A stretch of 64,000 nucleotides of DNA from an uncultured Armatimonadetes bacterium (GCA_963716175.1 OY970296.1:3072001-3136000), one strand, 5' to 3'. Shown: positions 18,651 through 28,798, counted from the first letter of the stretch. Program-made: numbers and translations. The notes: generated by a model not told the origin, from the letters alone.

Positions 18651-20618
18651 TTGGTTGTGAGCCGGGAAGGTCCTGGTGCTTTGACCGAGCGCGAACTGTC
18701 CCGCCCCGGATCGCCGGGGAGTGGCGCAGGGAGCAGACTGCGGCCATTTCTTGCCTACTTGCTGCTGTGCCTGGTGGCGGGGCCTGTGCTGGCCCGGGCC
18801 ACTACCGGCCAGCGGCAAGGCGAGCAAGTTGCCCATCAGCAGCCAGATGGAAGCTTCGTCGTGCAGGGCCGCACCTACCAGGCGGTGATCGGAGCAGACG
18901 GAAACCTCCATTCGCTCCGGGTGGGCGAGGCCGAGATGCTCGATGACAGCGTCGCCATCTCTCTGGGCGCTTTCTTCTACGCCGACGGTCCCCGCAAGCT
19001 GAGCACCATCACCCTGCTCAACCCCACCACGGTGGAGGCGACCGACGGGACCTACCGCGCGCAATACCGCTTCTCCCGGAAAGAGGTCCAGGTCACTCTC
19101 ACCAACCGGGGCCGTGCTCCCGTCCCCTACTTCGTGGTGCTCTCCCCACAGATCACCGTCGTCTCTAACTCTCACACGGGCGAGGCGGCGGCCGCCGCCG
19201 TCACCCAGAGCTGGGGAGAGGTCCGCTGCAGCACCGAGAAAGGCGCCTATCTCGAGCTCCGCGGCGGCTCTCGCGTCTGGGGTCCGTGGCTGGGCCGGCA
19301 GGTCTGGGAGGTAAGCCGTCTGGCCCCGGATCAGCGTCGGGAGATTCGCCTCGAGGCCGGGGTTGGCGAGCCGCCGAAGCCGACGCTCGAGCAGCTTGTC
19401 GGCGCCCGGGTCAGAGTCGGCTCCTCGGATGGACTGGTGCGCGTGGACAACCCTATCACCCTGCAAGTGTCGGTCGAGAACCGCTCCGACACTACCCTGG
19501 ACAGCCAGATCGCGATGGAGCTTTCCGCCTCCCGCAGCGACCAGGTGATCTATGCCGCCACCCCGCTTCAACTGCCGGCCAAACAGGCCGTCGTCGCCAC
19601 CTTCAAGGCCGCCGTGGAGGCCCCCGACTTCTACCACGTTCTCGTCACGGTTTCGGCTCAGGGGCGCGACCTGACCACAGTCCGCGGCGCCGCCGGCTAT
19701 CGGGTGGCCGAGATCCTGCCTCGCGTGAGCCGCCCATCTGGCTTTGGCGAATTCTGGCAGCATCTGGTGGCCGAGACCGGGGACCAGGCTCCGGAGTTTC
19801 GGCTCGACCTGGCGGAGGGCCGATCGCGGGACGAAATCGCGGTCTGGGTGGCGCGCTACGCCAGCATGGCCCACAAGACCGTCTACGGCTGGTATCTCTG
19901 CCCCAATGCACCCGGTTGCCATCCCGCCGTCCTCTATCTGTCTGGTTACGGCGCGCGTCCGGTGGCGCCACCTCTCGCCCTTGCCAAACAAGGCTATGTG
20001 GTGCTCGCCATAGATGTGCGGGGCAACCCAGTGGACAAGCACCGTCCCCACCCGTTTGAGGATTACTGCACTGAGGGGATCACCTCCCCTGGTGCCTATG
20101 TCTATGGCGAGATCGTGGGCCACGCGCTGCGCGCCGTCAGCTTCCTCGCCTCCCGCCCAGAGGTGGACCCGAGTCGTATCGCCGTAGTGGGGGTGAGCGA
20201 GGGCGGCGGCGTCGGCCTGATCCTGGGGGCGTTGCTGCCTCAGGTCAAGGCGGTGGTAGCTGACGCTCCCATGCTCTGCGATTTCCCGCTCTCCTTGCGT
20301 GCCGCGGCCTGGCCCTACACTGAGATCGTGCGCTACACCCAGCGCCACTCCGAGCAGGCCGCCCAGGTACAGGAGACCCTGGCCTATTTCGATGTGGTGA
20401 ACTTTGCTCCCGACATCAAGTGCCCGGTCCTGGTCAGCACCGGATTCCTCGACCCGGTCTCTCTCCCCGCCGCAGTCTACGGCATGTTCAATCTGTTGGG
20501 GGGTCCGAAGGAGATCAGGCCTCTGCCCGAGGCCGGACACGAGGGCGGCGGGCAGGATCTCTGGGCGTTCAAGCTGGCCTGGTTGGCCCAGCACCTGACC
20601 CCAGCGCCAGCGCGCTAG
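18651..20618 (+). CDS. Secreted acetylxylan esterase / cephalosporin-C deacetylase (CE7-like) with N-terminal beta domains
   Basis: FGEFW, VDPSRIAVVGVSEGGG nucleophile elbow, LAYFDVVNFA, GFLD, GHEGG; start uncertain. Confidence 0.8.
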   Translation: MVVSREGPGALTERELSRPGSPGSGAGSRLRPFLAYLLLCLVAGPVLARATTGQRQGEQVAHQQPDGSFVVQGRTYQAVIGADGNLHSLRVGEAEMLDDSVAISLGAFFYADGPRKLSTITLLNPTTVEATDGTYRAQYRFSRKEVQVTLTNRGRAPVPYFVVLSPQITVVSNSHTGEAAAAAVTQSWGEVRCSTEKGAYLELRGGSRVWGPWLGRQVWEVSRLAPDQRREIRLEAGVGEPPKPTLEQLVGARVRVGSSDGLVRVDNPITLQVSVENRSDTTLDSQIAMELSASRSDQVIYAATPLQLPAKQAVVATFKAAVEAPDFYHVLVTVSAQGRDLTTVRGAAGYRVAEILPRVSRPSGFGEFWQHLVAETGDQAPEFRLDLAEGRSRDEIAVWVARYASMAHKTVYGWYLCPNAPGCHPAVLYLSGYGARPVAPPLALAKQGYVVLAIDVRGNPVDKHRPHPFEDYCTEGITSPGAYVYGEIVGHALRAVSFLASRPEVDPSRIAVVGVSEGGGVGLILGALLPQVKAVVADAPMLCDFPLSLRAAAWPYTEIVRYTQRHSEQAAQVQETLAYFDVVNFAPDIKCPVLVSTGFLDPVSLPAAVYGMFNLLGGPKEIRPLPEAGHEGGGQDLWAFKLAWLAQHLTPAPAR

Positions 20619-20632
20619 CTGAGGCAGACCCG

Positions 20633-21526
20633 GTGACCGGCCGCCTGCCTCCTGGTCCGGACCCCACCTCCGCGATCGCGCTGCGCGGCCTCTTCCGCCA
20701 GTACGGCTTCCGCCCCCGCCGCTCCCTGGGCCAGACCTTCCTCACCGATGCCAACATCGTCGCCAAGATCGTGGCCGCCACCGAGCTGGCCGGGGCCGAA
20801 TCCGTGCTGGAAATCGGACCCGGCGCCGGGGCTGTGACCCGGGCGCTGGCCGCGGCTGCGGCTCGCGTGATGGCGATCGAGATAGACCCCACGCTGGTCG
20901 CCATCCTCCGCGAGACTGTAGGCGACGCGGCCCAGGTGATCGAGGCCGACGTGCTCGCGGTGGACTGGCCCCAACTGCTGGGGCAGGGGCGCCAGGGGCG
21001 CTGGCGCGTGGTGGCGAATCTGCCCTATGCCATCACCGGCCCGGCGATTCTGCACCTGCTCGCGGCCCGGGACTGGGTTGAGCGCTTGGTGATCATGGTG
21101 CAAGCAGAGGTAGCGGAGAGGCTGATGGCTCCCCCGGGCGGGAGGGAGCGCGGGCTGCTCTCGGTGGTGGTGCAGGCGGCCTGCCAGGTGAAGTTGGTAT
21201 GGCGCGTGGCGCGCACCTGTTTCTGGCCTCAGCCGGCCGTGGATTCAGCTATCCTCGGCCTTTCGGTGCGGCGTCCGCCCCTCGTCCCAGACGAGCTGCA
21301 GCCAGCTTTCATGGAAGTGGTGCGGGCAGGATTCGCGGTCAGGCGCAAGACGCTTCTCAACGCCCTCGCTCACTCATCCCAGCTCGGGCTCACCAAACAG
21401 GATGCACGGCGCTTGCTTGACTTCTGCGGGATTGACGAGAGCCGCCGCGCCGAGACCCTGAGTGAGTTGGAATTCCTCACGCTGGCGGAGGCGCTGGCCG
21501 CCCGTGGAGGAGAGGCCCCGCGGTGA
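20633..21526 (+). CDS. rsmA: 16S rRNA m6,2A dimethyltransferase
   Basis: LGQTFL.D, VLEIGPGAG, IEID, ANLPY.ITGP, MVQAEVAER, RRKTLLNAL. Confidence 0.93.
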   Translation: MTGRLPPGPDPTSAIALRGLFRQYGFRPRRSLGQTFLTDANIVAKIVAATELAGAESVLEIGPGAGAVTRALAAAAARVMAIEIDPTLVAILRETVGDAAQVIEADVLAVDWPQLLGQGRQGRWRVVANLPYAITGPAILHLLAARDWVERLVIMVQAEVAERLMAPPGGRERGLLSVVVQAACQVKLVWRVARTCFWPQPAVDSAILGLSVRRPPLVPDELQPAFMEVVRAGFAVRRKTLLNALAHSSQLGLTKQDARRLLDFCGIDESRRAETLSELEFLTLAEALAARGGEAPR

Positions 21527-22443
21527 CAGGTCTCACGGTGCGCACCTGCGCCAAGGTCAACTTCTGCCTCCGGGTGCTGGGCCGGAGGGCAGACGGCTAC
21601 CACAATGTGGAGACAGTCTTGCAGACCATCGGCCTCTGGGATCAGGTGCGGCTCGCGGTTCTGCCCGGGGATCGGCAGATCAGGCTTCAGGCCGCCCCGC
21701 CCGAGGTCCCGGCCGATGAGACCAACACCTGCTGGCGCGCGGCTAGCCTCCTGGCGGAGCGAGCCCGGGTTTCCGATGGCGCGGTCATCGCTTTGGAGAA
21801 GGGGATTCCCGTGGGCGCGGGGCTGGGCGGCGGCAGCAGCGATGCTGCCGCCACCCTCACGGGCCTGGCCCGGCTGTGGGGCCTGGGGCTCTCCCAGGAG
21901 GAACTCGAGGAGATAGGGGCTCAGGTGGGCGCCGATGTGCCGTTCTTCCTGCGCGACGGCTGCTGCCTCGCCCGTGGCCGGGGTGAGAAGCTGGAGGCCC
22001 TTTCTCATGTTGCCCTTTGGCTGGTGATCGTCGTCCCCGAGCGGCGAGTGGTGACGGCGCAGGCCTATGCCGCGCTCAGGCGCGGCGCCACTCGGGGGCG
22101 GCGCCGCGGGGTGACGCGCGCGGTTCAGCGCACCCTGGCCGCGATCGAGGTGGGCACGCCGGAGGCGCTGGCCAGCGCGCTGCACAACGATTTCGAGGAC
22201 CTGCCCATGACTGGGATAGAGGAGGCCCATCAGGCAAAGGCCGCGCTGCTGGAGGCCGGATGCCTGGGCGCCGGCCTCGCCGGCAGCGGCTCAGGGGCCT
22301 TCGGCATCGCCGCGGATCGAGAGTCGGCCGAACGCGCCGCGCCGCGGCTGCGAGCCTCTTGGCACTGGGTCCAGGTCGCGCCCACGCTGCCGCCGGGCGA
22401 GAGCATGTTGATCTCGGAGGCCCCGGACCTCATGCCAACATGA
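21523..22443 (+). CDS. ispE: 4-diphosphocytidyl-2C-methyl-D-erythritol kinase
   Basis: AKVNF.L, R.DGYH, KGIPVGAGLGGGSSDAAA, GADVPFF, NDFE, GSG. Confidence 0.93.
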   Translation: MTGLTVRTCAKVNFCLRVLGRRADGYHNVETVLQTIGLWDQVRLAVLPGDRQIRLQAAPPEVPADETNTCWRAASLLAERARVSDGAVIALEKGIPVGAGLGGGSSDAAATLTGLARLWGLGLSQEELEEIGAQVGADVPFFLRDGCCLARGRGEKLEALSHVALWLVIVVPERRVVTAQAYAALRRGATRGRRRGVTRAVQRTLAAIEVGTPEALASALHNDFEDLPMTGIEEAHQAKAALLEAGCLGAGLAGSGSGAFGIAADRESAERAAPRLRASWHWVQVAPTLPPGESMLISEAPDLMPT

Positions 22444-23207
22444 TTGATGCGGTGGTGCTGGCCGGGGGCGAGGACAAGGGCGACATCGCCGCCCAGACCG
22501 GGGAGGTGCACCGGGCCCTGCTGGAGGTTGGCGGCCGGCCTATCGTGCGCCGCATCGCCGCCGCTCTGCGCGGCGCCTCCGAGATCGGCAAGGTGGCCCT
22601 GGTGGCCCCCTCCCCGGTGCAGGCCGCGGTCTCGGATGACGCGGTTGACCTGCGAGTGGAGGCGGCCGATAGCTTCGCAGAGAACGTGGCCCGGGGCGTA
22701 GAGGCGACCGCGCCTGGCAGCGACCAGGTGCTGGTGCTCACTGGCGACCTGCCCCTGATCACCCCGGCCGCGATCAACGACTTCGTGCGTCAGTCCGTCG
22801 CCTCGCGGGCCGATGTCACCTATTCCATCATCCCCAGGGAATCGTGCGAGCGCCGCTTCCCGGAGGGGAGGCGCACCTATGCCCGCTTGCGCGAAGGCAC
22901 GTTCACGGGCGGCAACGCGGTGGTGCTCACCAGGGAATTCGTGCGCCTGCGCCAGGAGCTGATCGCCCGGCTCTATGCCGCGCGCAAGAACCCGCTCCAG
23001 CTGGCCGCGCTGCTCGGGATTCAGTTCCTCATCGGGCTGCTCACCCACCGGCTGACACTGCCCCAGCTCGAGGCCAGGGCCAGCCACATCGTCAGGGGCC
23101 GGGTGGTGGCCGTCATCAGCACCTACCCGGAGCTGGGCTTCGACGTGGACAAGCTGCAGGACCTCTACCTGGCGCGTCGGGTCGCCGATTCCTTCGACGC
23201 ACTGTAG
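22440..23207 (+). CDS. MobA-like NTP transferase family protein
   Basis: DAVVLAGG, TGDLPLI, EGTFTGGN, FDVDK. Confidence 0.85.
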   Translation: MIDAVVLAGGEDKGDIAAQTGEVHRALLEVGGRPIVRRIAAALRGASEIGKVALVAPSPVQAAVSDDAVDLRVEAADSFAENVARGVEATAPGSDQVLVLTGDLPLITPAAINDFVRQSVASRADVTYSIIPRESCERRFPEGRRTYARLREGTFTGGNAVVLTREFVRLRQELIARLYAARKNPLQLAALLGIQFLIGLLTHRLTLPQLEARASHIVRGRVVAVISTYPELGFDVDKLQDLYLARRVADSFDAL

Positions 23208-23464
23208 GGCGCCGTCTCCCGGCCCTTACCGCGCCTTTGGGGACGCGGGGGGAGAACTGAGGGGGAGGGTCCTCCCTCCCCCTTCGAAGTGCGCGCAGGT
23301 AATGGTCATCCACCAACAAGCTTGACACTGGCGATGAGCAGGCCCAGTACTCGCGTCGTCGGGTGCGGGCCCTGCCTGACGGTCAGGTTCTGAGCGCCGC
23401 GCCACGCCGATAGGACCAGACGGGGCCCGCATCGGCAGGGACGCCAGAGTTCTGGGGTCCGGGG

Positions 23465-24175
23465 GTGCCGCCTGTGGCCACGGTGCGGTGTCCGAAGTGC
23501 GGGACCATCAACCCCGGCGGCGGCCGACGCCTGGCCCGCTGTCGCTCGTGCCGGGAAGCCCTGGGGAAATGCCGCTACTGTCGCTACTTCGATGCTCGTC
23601 TGCTGGACTGCGTGCACTTGGCGCGCCGCAGCGACGAGCGGATACTCGATGCCGACGAGGTGCTGAACTGCGCCTACTTCCAGACCGTCTTGACCGACCG
23701 ACCGCTGTCCAGGGCCCTCCCCCTGCTACGCGCCATGTCCATCTCCGTCGTTCTGGGCCTGGGCCTGATGCTGGGCCTGCTTCGGCTGGTCAGCCCGCGC
23801 CGGGCTCCGCCGCCGGCCTCTCTGCGAACCAGCGTCAGCGCCCCGGCCACCGCCTTCCAGGAGGAGGGCTTGGAGATCAAGGTCCTGGTGCGCAACGAGG
23901 CCGACCAGCCCGCTCACGACATCCGGGTCATCCTGTCCGGCCGCAGCATGCGCTATCTGGTGTGTCAGGCCGTGGATCCGGCCGAGGCCTTCGAGGAAGC
24001 CACTCCGCAGTACGTCTCCGCTTGGTTGGGCGACGTGGAACCAGGCGAGATCGGGGCGGCGTCGTTTCGCTTCACCTCCAACACCATCGGGAAGCTGGAC
24101 CTGGCCGCGCATATCACCGCGAGCAATGTCTCGGTGCCCACCAAGACGCCCATCGAGTGCGAGGTGATGCCGTAG
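23465..24175 (+). CDS. Zinc-finger + TM + Ig-like domain hypothetical protein
   Basis: CPKC, CRSC, CRYC cluster, then a TM helix and a beta-rich C-terminus. Confidence 0.7.
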   Translation: MPPVATVRCPKCGTINPGGGRRLARCRSCREALGKCRYCRYFDARLLDCVHLARRSDERILDADEVLNCAYFQTVLTDRPLSRALPLLRAMSISVVLGLGLMLGLLRLVSPRRAPPPASLRTSVSAPATAFQEEGLEIKVLVRNEADQPAHDIRVILSGRSMRYLVCQAVDPAEAFEEATPQYVSAWLGDVEPGEIGAASFRFTSNTIGKLDLAAHITASNVSVPTKTPIECEVMP

Positions 24176-24239
24176 GGGCGGGATCCGTCCCGCCTGCCTG
24201 TTCGCGCCGGTCCCATCCCCGGTCCACGGAAGAGATGCC

Positions 24240-25091
24240 ATGAAACCCGGCCGCATTGACCTGCATGTGCACACCACCGCCTCCGACGGCAGCCTCTCGC
24301 CAGCCGAGATGGTGCGGGAGGCGGCCGAGCGGGGCATCTCACTGCTTGGGATCACCGATCACGACACCACCGAGGGGATCGCAGCCGCCCAGGCCGCCGC
24401 CCGTGAGATGGGCATCACGTTGGTGCCCGGCGTGGAGCTGAGCGCGGACTCGGAGGCCCAGGACATCCACCTGCTGGCCTACTTCATCAACCCCGATGAC
24501 CCCGACCTGCAATCACTGCTGACCGCGCTGCGAGAGACGCGGAATGCGCGCAATGAGCGCATCCTGGAAAGGCTGCGATCCTTGGGCGCGCCAGTGTGCG
24601 CAGAGCGGGTGGCCGAGATCGCGGGGTCCGGCTCTGTCGGTCGGCCCCATATTGCGGAGGCCTTGGTGGAGGCCGGGCACGTCACCTCCCGCAATGAAGC
24701 TTTCTCTCGCTACCTGGCGCGCGGCAAGCCGGCCTTCGTGACGCGGGCGCGGTTCACCCCGGCCGAGGCTTGCGCCCTCATCGAGCGCGCCGGCGGCATC
24801 GCCGTGCTCGGGCATGCCGCCAAGATCGGCTCCCGCGCGGCGATTGAGGAAGTGCTGGCCGCCGGCCTTGATGGCATTGAGGTCTATCACACCGACCACA
24901 CGGCGAAGGACGTTGACATGCTGCTGGCGCTGGCGAGAGAGAAGTCGCTGCTGGTGACCGGGGGCACCGATTCCCACGGCCCCCACTCCGACCGCCCGCT
25001 GGCCCTCGGCAGCGTCACCGTGCCGGAGTGGGTGAGGGAGGAGGTGCTGGGGAGAGCGCCCGAGTGGTGGCGGAGATTGAACCGCAGATGA
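24240..25091 (+). CDS. PHP domain phosphoesterase (TrpH/YciV-like)
   Basis: DLHVHTTASDG, ITDHDT, GVELS, GRPHIA, TGGTDSHG. Confidence 0.9.
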   Translation: MKPGRIDLHVHTTASDGSLSPAEMVREAAERGISLLGITDHDTTEGIAAAQAAAREMGITLVPGVELSADSEAQDIHLLAYFINPDDPDLQSLLTALRETRNARNERILERLRSLGAPVCAERVAEIAGSGSVGRPHIAEALVEAGHVTSRNEAFSRYLARGKPAFVTRARFTPAEACALIERAGGIAVLGHAAKIGSRAAIEEVLAAGLDGIEVYHTDHTAKDVDMLLALAREKSLLVTGGTDSHGPHSDRPLALGSVTVPEWVREEVLGRAPEWWRRLNRR

Positions 25092-25120
25092 AGGTCCATG
25101 AGCCCAGATGCACAGGCGCG

Positions 25121-25195
25121 ATGCTGCCCATCATAGACAAGGTGCTGGCCTACGTCACGCGCGACGATCGGCTGCTGGTGTTCACTGAGCCCTGC
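25121..25195 (+). pseudogene. N-terminal fragment of a NUDIX hydrolase
   Basis: MLPIIDKVLAYVTRDDRLLVF resembles NUDIX N-termini; no Nudix box follows. Confidence 0.45.
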
Positions 25196-25299
25196 GAGGG
25201 CCGGGCGGGCGCGGGGCGAGGTCGTCGTCCATCTGCGTTGATCCGCGGCTAGAGCGCGGTGGCAGGTTCGCTCGCGCTCCCTCCCGAAGTCACTCGCTC

Positions 25300-25908
25300 A
25301 TGACCGATAGTCCAGATGATCTGCCGGATGACTTCCTGGAGCATATCCGCGGCCTGGAGCGGTATTACCTGGAGAACACGGATCCGATCGAGCAATCCGG
25401 GTTCTACGGTGGGGCTGAGAGGTGGACGAGGGAACGGATCGTCGTCCTGGAGGCGGTGGAGGGGGACGGGGATTTCATGGATGCGGCCTGCGCGAACGGC
25501 TACCTGCTCGCGTGCCTGGTCGAGTGGGCGGGTGAGAGGGGCATCGCGCTCACGCCGTATGGGCTCGACATCGGGCCTCGGCTGATCGAGCTGGCGCGCA
25601 CGCGACTCCTCCAATACGCCGATCACTTCTGGGTTGGGAACTCGTGGACGTGGCGACCACCGAGGGAGTTCCGTTACGTCTACACGCTGCACGATTGCGT
25701 GCCGGAGAGCCTGCTGGGTGAGTATGGACACCGACTGCTGGAGCGCTATGTTGCCAAGGGCGGCCGGCTGATCATCGGGGCCTATGGCACGCGGCAGTCG
25801 CCGGCGCGGGACGTGAGCGCGGCGCTGAGCGAGTGCGGGTTCGTGGTGGTCGGATCAGCTGCGTGTGGCGACCCGCCAGCGACGCGGATCGCGTGGGTTG
25901 ATCGGTAG
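25300..25908 (+). CDS. Class I SAM-dependent methyltransferase
   Basis: FMDAACANGYLL, YGLDI, GGRLIIG. Confidence 0.8.
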   Translation: MTDSPDDLPDDFLEHIRGLERYYLENTDPIEQSGFYGGAERWTRERIVVLEAVEGDGDFMDAACANGYLLACLVEWAGERGIALTPYGLDIGPRLIELARTRLLQYADHFWVGNSWTWRPPREFRYVYTLHDCVPESLLGEYGHRLLERYVAKGGRLIIGAYGTRQSPARDVSAALSECGFVVVGSAACGDPPATRIAWVDR

Positions 25909-26001
25909 CCCACCCTACGAATGGCCGCACCCCTGCTGCGCAGGGGTAGGCTACCCGTGTCAGGCCTCTGCGTTCTCTCCGTCTCTGCGGCGAATACCTC
26001 G

Positions 26002-26648
26002 TCATCCCAGCACTTGCTTGGTGGTCTTGAAGTGCACCTTCGCCACTTGCCGCAGCAGCGCTTCGCCGCCTTTCTGCACGACCTGGCGAGCCGCCGGCAG
26101 CACATGGGTGGCGCCGCGGGGAGGTCGAGGCCGGCCGTGGCCGAGACGCGCTCGATGGAGCGAAGGAAGTCGGCGCGGGCCAGCACCGAGGCCGCGGCCA
26201 CCGCGGGATCGGACTCAGCACGCACCTGCTGGATCAGCCTGATCCGGCGACCGCGGGTAATCAGCCGTTCTTCCAGGTAGTGCTCATCACCGAACTGGTC
26301 GGTCACCGCCAGACCGCACTCCACCTTCTCCAGCACATTCTCGATCGCCCGCGCGTGCGCCCAGGCGAGCAGACGATTGAGGTTCTTCATCTCGGCGTGG
26401 AGAGTGTTGTAGCGCTCGGGCATGATGCGGACGACTTCGAAGGCGGGGCAGATCTGCTTCACCGCCTTCTCCAGCCGCCACAGCGTCGAGTTGGCGACCT
26501 TCTTCGCGTCTCGCACCCCGGCCTGGGGCAAGCGCTCCAGCGCGACTTCGTCGGCGTAGACTGCGGCCACCACCAGCGCGCCGAAGTAGTCGCCTTTGCC
26601 GGCCTCATCGCTGCCGATGTGTGGGCCGCGAACCCCCTCCGCGCTCAT
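26002..26648 (-). CDS. rnhC: Ribonuclease HIII, catalytic domain only (frameshift near 26120)
   Basis: IGSDEAGKGDYFG, VRDAKK, TDQF, AVAAASVLAR. Adding one C in a C run restores LPRGATHV...VAKVHFKTT, with the stop at 26002. Confidence 0.88.
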
Positions 26649-26679
26649 GCCGGCCTCCGGTTGGTGGCGTCAGGAGGCA

Positions 26680-27645
26680 TCACCCCGCCAGCGCCTGCTT
26701 CAGCACGATCATGGCCTTGGCGCTCACCCACTTGGAGGGCTGCCCCTTCTGCGGGAAGAACGCGCGCATCCGCTTGCAGTTGGCGCGAGCTTCCGGGTAC
26801 GGTCCCATGCGCTCCAGCCACCGCCCGTCCTTGCCCTGCCGAGTCAGGATGCTCTTCCAGCACGTCTTCAGCGGCTCCTCGTCTGCGCTCACGCCCAGTC
26901 CCAGGTAGATCTCGGCCAGCTTCACATCGTCCACCCAGAAGTTCCAGCACTGAGGATAGCTGAATTCGCGACCGCGACCTGCGGATGAGGCCGTCACCTT
27001 CGCCAGGAACCCGATGCCTTTCCTTGCGACGGGTGTACCGGCGAAGGTGCCGGCGGTTGCCAAACCCCAGAGCACATTCGCCGAGGCGTTGAGACAACCC
27101 GCGGCGGCCGGCTCGCAGTGACCTCGGGTCCCGGTCCAGCCGCCTTCCCGAGTCTGATCCTGCTTGACCCAGCGGAACATGCGCTTCACCCGGCGGTCAG
27201 CGCCCAGCCCGAACTGGTGCATGAACCGGATGATCAGGCCGATGTCATAGGGACCGAACGGGCATCTCGCAGGATCATGCCCGGGGAAGCCGCCGTCCTC
27301 GCGCTGGGTCTGGAGCACGGCCCGGACGGCCTTCAGGACGCGGTCATCCTCCGCGGTAGCGCCCAGGTTGCCCAGGAGAGTAAGCTGGTAGATGGTTGCA
27401 GTGTAGTGAGGCGCGTGCATATTGCCTGGGCTCTCCCAGTGTCCCTCGGGCTTCTGCTGGCGGAACACCTCCGCTGCCAGCTCGCCCTCGAGGGCCTGCC
27501 GCCGGGCCGCCTCCACCCGGCGCTTCGGCGCGTCCACCAGGTCGCGCAGCGCCCAGAACCGCACCACTGGGTTGTCGGGTTCGAGCAACCAGTCGGTGGG
27601 ATTGGCCTTCAGTACGCTGGTCCAGCTCGCTCTCCCCCTCGCCAT
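26680..27645 (-). CDS. Prenyltransferase/squalene-cyclase repeat (alpha-alpha toroid) protein
   Basis: WLLEPDNP.VR, QW-like repeats Q.EDGGF, Q..EGGW, Q..DGRW; KGQPSKWVS. Confidence 0.75.
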   Translation of the reverse strand: MARGRASWTSVLKANPTDWLLEPDNPVVRFWALRDLVDAPKRRVEAARRQALEGELAAEVFRQQKPEGHWESPGNMHAPHYTATIYQLTLLGNLGATAEDDRVLKAVRAVLQTQREDGGFPGHDPARCPFGPYDIGLIIRFMHQFGLGADRRVKRMFRWVKQDQTREGGWTGTRGHCEPAAAGCLNASANVLWGLATAGTFAGTPVARKGIGFLAKVTASSAGRGREFSYPQCWNFWVDDVKLAEIYLGLGVSADEEPLKTCWKSILTRQGKDGRWLERMGPYPEARANCKRMRAFFPQKGQPSKWVSAKAMIVLKQALAG

Positions 27646-27727
27646 CTTGCCCTCCCGCTATCCGTGTACACCAGGAACGGACCGCTTCGCAGCGGTCCGT
27701 TCTGATGTGGGTCTCTATGGGAATAGG

Positions 27728-27859
27728 CTAGAGCGCATTTCATAACCTACCTGCTGGCTGGCCGCACCACGCCCTCGCATGAAATGCGCCTGCCACTGCC
27801 TGACGTTGTGCCGTGCTGTTTCATAACCTCCCCTGGGAAGGTTATGGAACAGCTTCTAG
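27728..27859 (+). mobile_element. 132-bp MITE-like element, copy 1 (CTAG-bounded)
   Basis: Near-identical to 35509-35640 (reverse) and 41749-41880; imperfect terminal inverted repeats TAGAGCGCATTTCATAACCT / AGGTTATGGAACAGCTTCTA. Confidence 0.8.
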
Positions 27860-28797
27860 CCCTTGGGCAGCGGCGAACCCGCGCCGCTCGGCTTGGGCTG
27901 CTCGAACGGCCGGCCGCAGGCCTGGCAGGCCTTGCTGCCCTTGGGGCTGGGCAGCCCGTCCACCGGGCAGACCACCCAGAACGGGTCATTGGGGAAGAGG
28001 AAGAAGGCCAGGGCTCGCTGCTGGCGGGCGGTGTTCTCCAGCACGATCTGGCGGCGGTGCTCCTGGGGGTCGTTCCAGTGCGCGGTCCACCAGTCTATGT
28101 CGCGCTTCACCATCTTCTGCTGGACGTGATCGTCCTTGTGCTCCTTCAGCGCCTCCCGCATCGCCGGGAACAGCTTCTTGAAATCCATGATGTGCTCGTA
28201 CACCCGGTAAGTCATGCGGCTGACGTAGGCCGGGGAGCCGGGCACCTTGTCGGCCTGCTTGATGTACTCCGCCGCCCGATAGGGCTCATGTGCGCGGTCG
28301 TAGTAGGTCCAGCCCAGCTCGAACAGCATCTCCCAGGACTTCGGGTTCACCTCCACCGCGCGCTGCAGGATCTCGAGGCCTTGATCCAGCCAGTACCTCC
28401 GGTCAACCAGGGTCTCGGACTCCGCGTTCAGGTTGTAGGCGCAGTGCCAGCCGTAGACCTTCCAGGCGAGCACGAAGTGGGGGTCGAGCTGGGTCACGGC
28501 GTCGAGTAGAGGGAGCAGCGCGAACCAGTTGCCGCTGTCCCACACCCGCTCCATGTTGAGCCAGAGCAGGTCGGCGGCCACGGTGCGGAAGCCCCCCAGG
28601 GAGGCGATCACGGCAGGGGTGGGCCCCAGCTCCATCACACTGGCGGATCGCACCTTGCGATTGGGGTCGAAGATATCCGGGCGGGACCGCTGCAAGCTCT
28701 GCTGCAGCGGCACCAGCAGCAGCAGTACGCCCAGCGCCAGCAGCCAGAGCTGCCAGCGGCGGACGACCGCGCCTCGCGTGGCGCCAGAGGGCTGCAT
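27856..28797 (-). CDS. Membrane-anchored TPR-like protein (PilG-like partner of ABC module) with C-terminal zinc ribbon
   Basis: LGGFR..AADLLWL, VTQLDPHF, TPR-like helices, CPVD..CQAC. Confidence 0.75.
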   Translation of the reverse strand: MQPSGATRGAVVRRWQLWLLALGVLLLLVPLQQSLQRSRPDIFDPNRKVRSASVMELGPTPAVIASLGGFRTVAADLLWLNMERVWDSGNWFALLPLLDAVTQLDPHFVLAWKVYGWHCAYNLNAESETLVDRRYWLDQGLEILQRAVEVNPKSWEMLFELGWTYYDRAHEPYRAAEYIKQADKVPGSPAYVSRMTYRVYEHIMDFKKLFPAMREALKEHKDDHVQQKMVKRDIDWWTAHWNDPQEHRRQIVLENTARQQRALAFFLFPNDPFWVVCPVDGLPSPKGSKACQACGRPFEQPKPSGAGSPLPKG

Positions 28798-28798
28798 T

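Noticed and set aside
17748-20594. 948-aa minus-strand ORF
   Set aside because: Shadow of dgt and the CE7 esterase in GC-rich DNA; no motifs
23322-23460. SRP RNA, fluoride or c-di-GMP-I riboswitch, hammerhead ribozyme
   Set aside because: Only partial words match (TCAGG, GGCGATG, GGGACGC, CTGA); the required partner motifs are absent
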